Position numbers and translations under genes: made by a program. From an uncultured bacterium (GTDB taxonomy: Bacteria > CSSED10-310 > CAZUFC01): 64,000 bases of DNA. The number at the start of each line of letters is the position of its first letter. Positions within the stretch are counted from its first letter, which is position 1. The DNA lies in assembly GCA_964619725.1 (NCBI GenBank), contig CAZUFC010000002.1, positions 49,057 to 113,056 on the forward strand, read 5' to 3'. The notes below the pieces were generated by a model. It searched no databases and was not told the origin of the DNA. It worked only from the letters and a program-made list of their open reading frames with translations. This document shows positions 57,932 to 64,000 of the stretch, in pieces.

Positions 57932-59329
57932 TCAGTTCTCGCTTTCAACAGCGAATCCCGGTTTTCTCTTTTTACGCACATCCTCAGAAGCCAGGATTTT
58001 TTCTATATCCAGCCTGCTTTTGACGTAATCGATATCGATGACGATTTTTTTCTTCTTCATGTCCGGCGCTTCAAATGAGATGACTTCAAGTAGTTTTTCA
58101 ATGACTGTATGCAAGCGGCGAGCTCCTATGTTTTCACTCTGTTCGTTGATCGTCACGGCTCTTGCAGCAATCTCTTTTAATGCATCTTCATTGAATTCCA
58201 GCTCGATTCCTTCAGTCTGCATAAGAGCTTTGTACTGTTTGGTCAGGGCATTTTGCGGTTCTACGAGTATCCTGAACATATCATCTGCGGTCAGGCTTGT
58301 TACGTCGACTCGAATGGGAAACCTTCCCTGGAGTTCGGGAATGAGGTCCGAGGGTTTTGAAACGTTGAAAGCTCCTGCGGCGAGAAATAGAATGTGATCG
58401 GTTCTGACCATTCCATATTTTGTGCTCACGGTGGAGCCTTCAATGATGGGGAGCAAGTCTCTCTGCACGCCTTCCCTGGAAACGTCCGGCCCGTGACCGC
58501 TTTCCCTGCCCGAAATTTTATCCATTTCATCAACGAAAACAATCCCGGTCTGTTCCGCTCGCTCTATCGCCTCATGAACAACCTTATCCATATCGATCAG
58601 TTTGGATGCCTCTTCATTCGTTAATATTTCAAGAGCTTCCGGAACGGATACTTTACGCCTTTTCTTGTTCTTTTTAAAAAAGCCCGGCAGCATGTCCTTC
58701 ATCTGCATGCCTATCTCCTCAATACCGGAACTGGAAAAAATCTCGATCATTCCTCCATACTGATCCTGAGCGTCTATCTCCACCATACGCTTGTCGAAAA
58801 CTCCCTTTTTCAAAGCTTCCTTGACTTTTTTCCTTCTTTCGTTTTCCCGCTTTTCCCGTTCTGTAATTTCCGCTGAGTTGAATTTTTCATCCTCCTGGTC
58901 CTGCTTCTCAAAACTCCTTGGAAAAAGCAAATCCAGCAAACGTTCTTCAGCCATCTCCCGGGCCGTGTCCTGAATTCTTTCCTGAAATTCGCCTTTGACT
59001 ATGTTAACCGAAAGGTCCACCAGGTCTCTGACCATGGATTCGACATCCCGGCCTACATAACCCACTTCAGTAAATTTAGACGCTTCGACTTTCACAAACG
59101 GCGACTTCGTCATTTTGGAGATGCGTCGAGCTATTTCTGTTTTTCCTATGCCGGTAGGACCGATTAATATAATATTTTTAGGAAAAATTTCTTCCTGCAT
59201 TTCTTTGGACAACTGCTGCCTTCGCCAGCGATTTCTTAATGCCGTCGCAACGGCCTTTTTTGCATCGTTTTGACCAACAATGAATTTATCCAGTTGTTTG
59301 ACGATATCTTTAGGTTTCATGGCTTCCAT
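57932..59329 (-). CDS. hslU: ATP-dependent protease ATPase subunit HslU with atypical C-terminus
   Basis: [42 protein letters not shown] and NIGARRLHT motifs. Confidence 0.95.
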   Translation of the reverse strand: MEAMKPKDIVKQLDKFIVGQNDAKKAVATALRNRWRRQQLSKEMQEEIFPKNIILIGPTGIGKTEIARRISKMTKSPFVKVEASKFTEVGYVGRDVESMVRDLVDLSVNIVKGEFQERIQDTAREMAEERLLDLLFPRSFEKQDQEDEKFNSAEITEREKRENERRKKVKEALKKGVFDKRMVEIDAQDQYGGMIEIFSSSGIEEIGMQMKDMLPGFFKKNKKRRKVSVPEALEILTNEEASKLIDMDKVVHEAIERAEQTGIVFVDEMDKISGRESGHGPDVSREGVQRDLLPIIEGSTVSTKYGMVRTDHILFLAAGAFNVSKPSDLIPELQGRFPIRVDVTSLTADDMFRILVEPQNALTKQYKALMQTEGIELEFNEDALKEIAARAVTINEQSENIGARRLHTVIEKLLEVISFEAPDMKKKKIVIDIDYVKSRLDIEKILASEDVRKKRKPGFAVESEN

Positions 59330-59381
59330 TTATCTTTTCCTTCCGATGAAAAATAGTAATGACCGCTTTCAAGCCGGAAAA

Positions 59382-59409
59382 ATTATAACAAATCGGTCAA
59401 CAGCTTCAA
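59382..59409 (-). promoter_or_regulatory. Putative promoter for hslU
   Basis: TTGAAG-N16-TATAAT with a TG extension, at the end of xerC and in the xerC-hslU gap. Confidence 0.45.
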
Positions 59410-60359
59410 GTAGCCGCCGAATGCTTGCCGGCTTTCGGATGCGTCGCGTTATAAACTTTCATAAGTCGATGAATATCGATATGCGTATATTTCTGTGTCG
59501 TGGAAAGACTTTCATGTCCCAAAAGCTCCTGGACCGATTTTAAATCCGCTCCAGCCTCCAGCAGGTGAGTGGCGAAAGAATGACGCATGGTATGAGGCGT
59601 TACATGTTCCGTTATCCCCAGTTTGAGACTACATTTCCTGACTACTCTCCTTACGCTGCGGCTGCTTAACCTGCTGCCCCTGTAATTCAGAAACAGAGGC
59701 TCCTGAAGTTCCGGGTCACGGCAACGCTTTCTTAGTTCAAGTCTATGAGGAAGATACGCGCTGAGGGATTCTGCCGCCAGTTTTCCAAAAGGAGCTAACC
59801 GTTCTTTCCTTCCTTTTCCCCTGATAAGCGCCGTATTTTCCGCCAGGTCTACGTCCTGAAGGTTCAGGCCCGTCAATTCGGAAACGCGGATACCCGTGCC
59901 GTATAAAAATTCCAGAATAGCCAGATTCCTGGAGCCCAGAGGAACGTCCGATTCCTCTTGAGCGGTCTCCAGCAGGGAATTCAGTCGAGCGAGCGTCAGG
60001 AACGTCGGTATTTTCTTGTCTTTTTTAGGCGAACTGGCCGTCAGCGCCGGGTCTCTGACAACATGCCCCCTGCGGCGAAGAAATTTAAAAAATGATCTAA
60101 GGGCCGCCAGTTTTCGTTCTATCGTACTCTTTTTTTTTCTTTTCGTGTAAAGCCAGCCGAGATAAGTGCGAATCGTGTAATACGAAATTTCATTCCAATC
60201 CGGTTCGTTTTCTATAATTTTGATCATCCCGGAATCAGCCGAAAACTTTATAAACTCCTGCAGATCGGAACGATAAGAACGAATCGTATGCGCGGAAGCG
60301 TTCTTTTCGTTTTTCAGGTAATCCAGAAAATGATCGAGATATGGTTTTTCCTTACCCAT
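59406..60359 (-). CDS. xerC: Tyrosine recombinase XerC
   Basis: GIRVSE, GKGRKER, PHTMRHSFATH and LLGH..LSTTQKY motifs; lies downstream of topA. Confidence 0.9.
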   Translation of the reverse strand: MGKEKPYLDHFLDYLKNEKNASAHTIRSYRSDLQEFIKFSADSGMIKIIENEPDWNEISYYTIRTYLGWLYTKRKKKSTIERKLAALRSFFKFLRRRGHVVRDPALTASSPKKDKKIPTFLTLARLNSLLETAQEESDVPLGSRNLAILEFLYGTGIRVSELTGLNLQDVDLAENTALIRGKGRKERLAPFGKLAAESLSAYLPHRLELRKRCRDPELQEPLFLNYRGSRLSSRSVRRVVRKCSLKLGITEHVTPHTMRHSFATHLLEAGADLKSVQELLGHESLSTTQKYTHIDIHRLMKVYNATHPKAGKHSAAT

Positions 60360-60362
60360 ATT

Positions 60363-62618
60363 TTATTCTTCTTCAAAAGGGCGTGAAAAGGAACACTGTT
60401 TGTTCGGGCACTTGAGAAGCGGTTTTTTGTTTTTTCTCCTGGCAAGCACGAGAAACGGATGACCGCAGTCCGGACATTTTTCTTTATAAGGCATTTGCCT
60501 GATGGTATAGCGGCATTCAGGATATTTGGAACAACCGTAAAAAGTGAAACCTTTTCGCCCTTTTCGTTCGATCAACTCGCCGTCGCATTCGGGTTTCGGG
60601 CAGGAAACGCCTGTCTTCACTGGTTCGGTATAGCGGCAATCGGGAAAAGCGGAGCAGGCTACGAAACGGCCGAATCGTCCCGACTTTACTACCAGCTCGC
60701 CTTCGCATTCAGGACATTTCCGGTCGATTTTCTCATCCAGCTTCGGCGCCGGCTTGCCTGATTCCGTCCTTTGATAATTCATCGTGTGGGTACATTCCGG
60801 AAACCCGGAGCAGGCCAGAAAAGGTCCGCTCCTTCCGTACTTGATGAGCATCGTTTTGCCGCATTTTTGGCAGGTAATATCAGTTTTCGCCCATTCATTA
60901 TCCGATTTCGTCAAATTCTCCTCCGCCTTATGCAAATTTCCAATGAAATTCTTATAAAAGGAAGAGACAGAATCTTTCCAGTTCAATTTGCCGGCCTCGA
61001 TCAAATCCAATTCCTTTTCCAAAGCCGCTGTAAATTTGACATCCATTAAATTAGGAAAATATTCAACCAGCACGTCAGCGACGAACATCCCCAGTTCCGT
61101 CGGCAAATATTTCTGTTTGTGAAATTCCACGTATTGCCTGTTGCGTAATATCTGCAGAATTACGGCATAAGTCGAGGGCCTGCCGATTGCCTGCTCCTCC
61201 AGCTCCTTGACCAACGATGCTTCCGAAAAACGGGGCGGCGGTTTCGTAAAATTCTGAGTCGGAGTGATTCCTGTGACTCCCAGTTCTTCCCCCTTTTTAA
61301 TTTCAGGAAATTTAACCGTTTCTGTCTTGTCGTCCGCTTTTTTAGAGGCTGAAGAATCTGAATAAACCTTTGTAAAGCCGTCAAATACCGTTTTGATTCC
61401 TTCCGCTTTCAGTTCATAGGGTCCGGAAACGATCCTGACGGTTTTTTGTTCCAGTTTCATCGGCGACATCTGACTGGCCAGGAACCGATTCCATATCAAT
61501 TTATACAACCGTAATTCCATCGTATCCAAATAAGGAGCAACAACGTCCGGCGTCAATTCGAGCGATGTGGGACGAATAGCCTCATGAGCTTCCTGAGCGC
61601 TTTTACGGCTTTTATAGGAAGGCGGCCGTGCGGGCAAATATTCGGCCCCGTATTGCTCTTTAATATAATCCCTTCCGGCTTTCACGATTTCCTTGCTCAA
61701 CCGTGGAGAATCAGTTCTCATGTAGGTTATTAATCCCGTGGTTCCGTGCTCACCCAAATCCTTACCTTCATAGAGGTTCTGAGCCAGGCGCATTATACGG
61801 TTGGCCCCTGTTCTTAATTTCCTTATCCCTTCCTGCTGAAGGGTGCTGGTTATGAAAGGGGCTGCAGGTTTTCTCTTAACCGGCTTCGATTCAACCGACT
61901 TAACGAAACATCCGCTTTTTTTAATCGCTTCGACTATTTCATGCGCCGTCTTCTCATCGGGAACCTTGAACTTTTTCCCCTCTTTCTTATCCAGTTTAGC
62001 TTTGAATTTAGGAGGTTCAGACGCTTCCAATTCCACCTCAATCGTCCAGTATTCCTCAGGCACAAAGGCCCGTATCTCCTTTTCACGGTCGCATATCAAC
62101 CGCAATGCAACCGACTGAACACGCCCTGCGCTCAATCCCCTCTGAACCTTCTTCCACAAAAGCGGACTCAATTTATATCCCACGATTCTGTCCAGTACTC
62201 GCCTCGCCTGCTGCGCATTAACCTTGTTCATGTCAATGGACTTCGACTCCTCAAATGCCCGCATAACCGAATTGCTCGTAATCTCATGAAATAAAACCCG
62301 CATTATCTTCGGGTTCGCTTCATCCAGCAAATCATGCAAATGCTTGCATATGGCCTCTCCTTCCCTGTCAGGGTCCGAAGCCAAATATATCCTGTCCGTC
62401 TTTTGGGATATCTCCTTTAATTCATCTACGGTCTTTCTCTGTTTCTGTATCATTAGATATTCGGGTTCAAAGTTTTGTTCAATGTCAATGCCGAAACGTT
62501 TTTTCGGCAAATCCATCACGTGCCCCTTCGAAGCACGAACGATATACTCCTTTCCCAATATCTTGTTGATTGTTTTTGCCTTGGTCGGCGATTCGACTAT
62601 TACTAATGATTTCGTCAT
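60363..62618 (-). CDS. topA: DNA topoisomerase I
   Basis: LVIVESPTKA, DPDREGE, SAGRVQS and ITYMRTD motifs; C4 zinc ribbons. Confidence 0.97.
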   Translation of the reverse strand: MTKSLVIVESPTKAKTINKILGKEYIVRASKGHVMDLPKKRFGIDIEQNFEPEYLMIQKQRKTVDELKEISQKTDRIYLASDPDREGEAICKHLHDLLDEANPKIMRVLFHEITSNSVMRAFEESKSIDMNKVNAQQARRVLDRIVGYKLSPLLWKKVQRGLSAGRVQSVALRLICDREKEIRAFVPEEYWTIEVELEASEPPKFKAKLDKKEGKKFKVPDEKTAHEIVEAIKKSGCFVKSVESKPVKRKPAAPFITSTLQQEGIRKLRTGANRIMRLAQNLYEGKDLGEHGTTGLITYMRTDSPRLSKEIVKAGRDYIKEQYGAEYLPARPPSYKSRKSAQEAHEAIRPTSLELTPDVVAPYLDTMELRLYKLIWNRFLASQMSPMKLEQKTVRIVSGPYELKAEGIKTVFDGFTKVYSDSSASKKADDKTETVKFPEIKKGEELGVTGITPTQNFTKPPPRFSEASLVKELEEQAIGRPSTYAVILQILRNRQYVEFHKQKYLPTELGMFVADVLVEYFPNLMDVKFTAALEKELDLIEAGKLNWKDSVSSFYKNFIGNLHKAEENLTKSDNEWAKTDITCQKCGKTMLIKYGRSGPFLACSGFPECTHTMNYQRTESGKPAPKLDEKIDRKCPECEGELVVKSGRFGRFVACSAFPDCRYTEPVKTGVSCPKPECDGELIERKGRKGFTFYGCSKYPECRYTIRQMPYKEKCPDCGHPFLVLARRKNKKPLLKCPNKQCSFSRPFEEE

Positions 62619-62670
62619 TCCCGCTCCTCTTTGGGTTTCGTGAACACTTCAATTCCTCGCCTGTTCTCTC

Positions 62671-63831
62671 TTACATGATTCGAGATCGTTTGACAAATTT
62701 TTTTCCCGGCAACTGTTGAATCAATCCCCTCAATTCCAGTTCCGTCAGTATCCCTAAAGTCTTCGCCGAAGAATAAGGCACACGCTCCAATATCTCATCA
62801 AAAAACAAAGTTTCCTCTCCGATTGCCTCATACACTTCGGAATAAGGACTTTTTAAACTCACCGCTTCCTTGCCTTGCCCTCTATCGCCCTTCTCACGCT
62901 TCTCTTCCAGCGCTATCTGCGGCAATATTTCCTCGAAAATATCTTCAACCTTATAGACCAGTTTCGCTCCTGATTTTATTAAATTGTGACAACCTTCAGC
63001 CGCGGAAGAATCGATCCGCCCCGGCACAGCGAACACCTCTCGATCCTGGTCCAAAGCCGTGGATGCCGTAATCAAGGCGCCGCTGCGAGCCGGCGCCTCA
63101 ACGACGACCACCCCCAGACTTAATCCGCTTATTATCCTGTTTCTGATCGGGAAATTTCCCGGATAAGGCGCCATATTCATGCGGAATTCGGTCAAAACCG
63201 CGCCTTTTTCGGCAATCCGCTTCCTCAATTCCTGGTTTTCCCTGGGATAGTTCGCATTCAGACCGCAACCGAGAACCGCTACGGTTCTGCCGCCTGCGGC
63301 CACGGCCCCCTTGTGCGCCGCCGTATCGATTCCTCGGGCCATACCGCTTACGACCGTTATGCCGTTTGATGCAATCTGATACGCCAACTCATAAGCCGTC
63401 TTCATTCCGTATTCCGAGGCTCGCCGTGAACCGACCAAAGCGACGGCGTTACGGTCCTCCGCCTTCAAATCCCCCTCATAATAAAACAATACCGGCGGAT
63501 CATAGATACGTTTTAAAAGCAAAGGGTAATCCGGATCAGTCCATACCGCCGCGTCAGCCCTGCTTTCAAAAAACAGCTTCAGTTCCCGGTCCAATTCACG
63601 ACTCTTATAAAAATCAAAAAGAACATTCACATGAAATGAATTAAATCCTTGAATTTTCATCAACTCAGATTTACCGGCCCTGAAAATTTCTCCCGCCTCC
63701 TCGAAAATCTCAACCAATCTCATCTTGCGTCTTCGCCCCAGACGCGGACATAAATGCAGCGCCAACCACGGCCTCGTCTTATTTTCGTCCCGCCTTACGC
63801 TCGCCTTCAGTGTTCGTTCATGCTCCGCCAT
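62671..63831 (-). CDS. dprA: DNA-processing protein DprA
   Basis: VGSR, VSGMARGID, FPIRNRIISG and SGALITA motifs; winged-helix end. Confidence 0.95.
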   Translation of the reverse strand: MAEHERTLKASVRRDENKTRPWLALHLCPRLGRRRKMRLVEIFEEAGEIFRAGKSELMKIQGFNSFHVNVLFDFYKSRELDRELKLFFESRADAAVWTDPDYPLLLKRIYDPPVLFYYEGDLKAEDRNAVALVGSRRASEYGMKTAYELAYQIASNGITVVSGMARGIDTAAHKGAVAAGGRTVAVLGCGLNANYPRENQELRKRIAEKGAVLTEFRMNMAPYPGNFPIRNRIISGLSLGVVVVEAPARSGALITASTALDQDREVFAVPGRIDSSAAEGCHNLIKSGAKLVYKVEDIFEEILPQIALEEKREKGDRGQGKEAVSLKSPYSEVYEAIGEETLFFDEILERVPYSSAKTLGILTELELRGLIQQLPGKKFVKRSRIM

Positions 63832-63851
63832 GACTAATCGTCCTATCCAAA

Positions 63852-63885
63852 AAAAGGACCTTTTTCTGCAGAAAAAGGTCCTTTT
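63852..63885 (-). terminator. Perfect 34-bp palindrome / intrinsic terminator
   Basis: AAAAGGACCTTTTTCTGCAGAAAAAGGTCCTTTT equals its own reverse complement; a T-run follows on the minus strand. Confidence 0.7.
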
Positions 63886-63905
63886 CGAGTTTAAAAAGGG
63901 TACTA

Positions 63906-64000
63906 CTATTTCATCAACTGAACTGAGTCGCCGATGAATATAGGTAATCTGCTTTCAATGATGAAAGCTGTCGCCGTCTTTTCCTGGGTTTTCAGCACTG
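63906..64000 (-). CDS. Partial CDS (3' end), possibly the LysM-type protein often found upstream of dprA
   Basis: Open frame VLKTQEKTATAFIIESRLPIFIGDSVQLMK* running off the window edge; identity inferred from context only. Confidence 0.45.
   Translation of the reverse strand, partial: VLKTQEKTATAFIIESRLPIFIGDSVQLMK

Noticed and set aside
59406-60359. Phage or island integrase
   Set aside because: It sits in the housekeeping dprA-topA-xerC-hslU context; no att site or phage genes seen.

Overview
Bacterial chromosomal window using the standard code (TGA is a stop). The gene order resembles Deltaproteobacteria or a related candidate phylum; this is inferred, and the organism is probably diderm. 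About 2-20 kb is an accessory cell-surface locus. It holds three lesioned genes, two tandem beta-helix + transglutaminase-like + FN3 paralogues, and a membrane-tailed protein with three cohesin-like domains. Directly upstream of that protein is a 1740-aa triple beta-helix protein ending in dockerin + cohesin-like modules. Four of these proteins share an IPTL-CTERM-like tail, and a CPBP protease lies nearby. 20-38 kb holds a PPi-type Pfk, a Ser/Thr kinase-cNMP fusion, a TPAT (TatT/DctP/DctQM) transporter, hydrolases and a B12 radical SAM gene. 38-64 kb is the backbone dprA-topA-xerC-hslU-FN3 lipoprotein-dapA-dapB-...-transaldolase. It is interrupted by GT-C/GT2 genes, a divergent ECF sigma/double-ZAS anti-sigma/ATP-grasp module and an MMPL-GT2-MMPL-Wzy_C/TPR block. 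Highlights are a non-cellulosomal cohesin-dockerin display system, an hslU with no adjacent hslV and a replaced C-terminal tail, and a ~140-150 bp dispersed element with terminal inverted repeats present twice. No rRNA, tRNA, CRISPR array, transposase or reverse transcriptase was recognised. All family calls come from reading motifs by eye, not from database searches.
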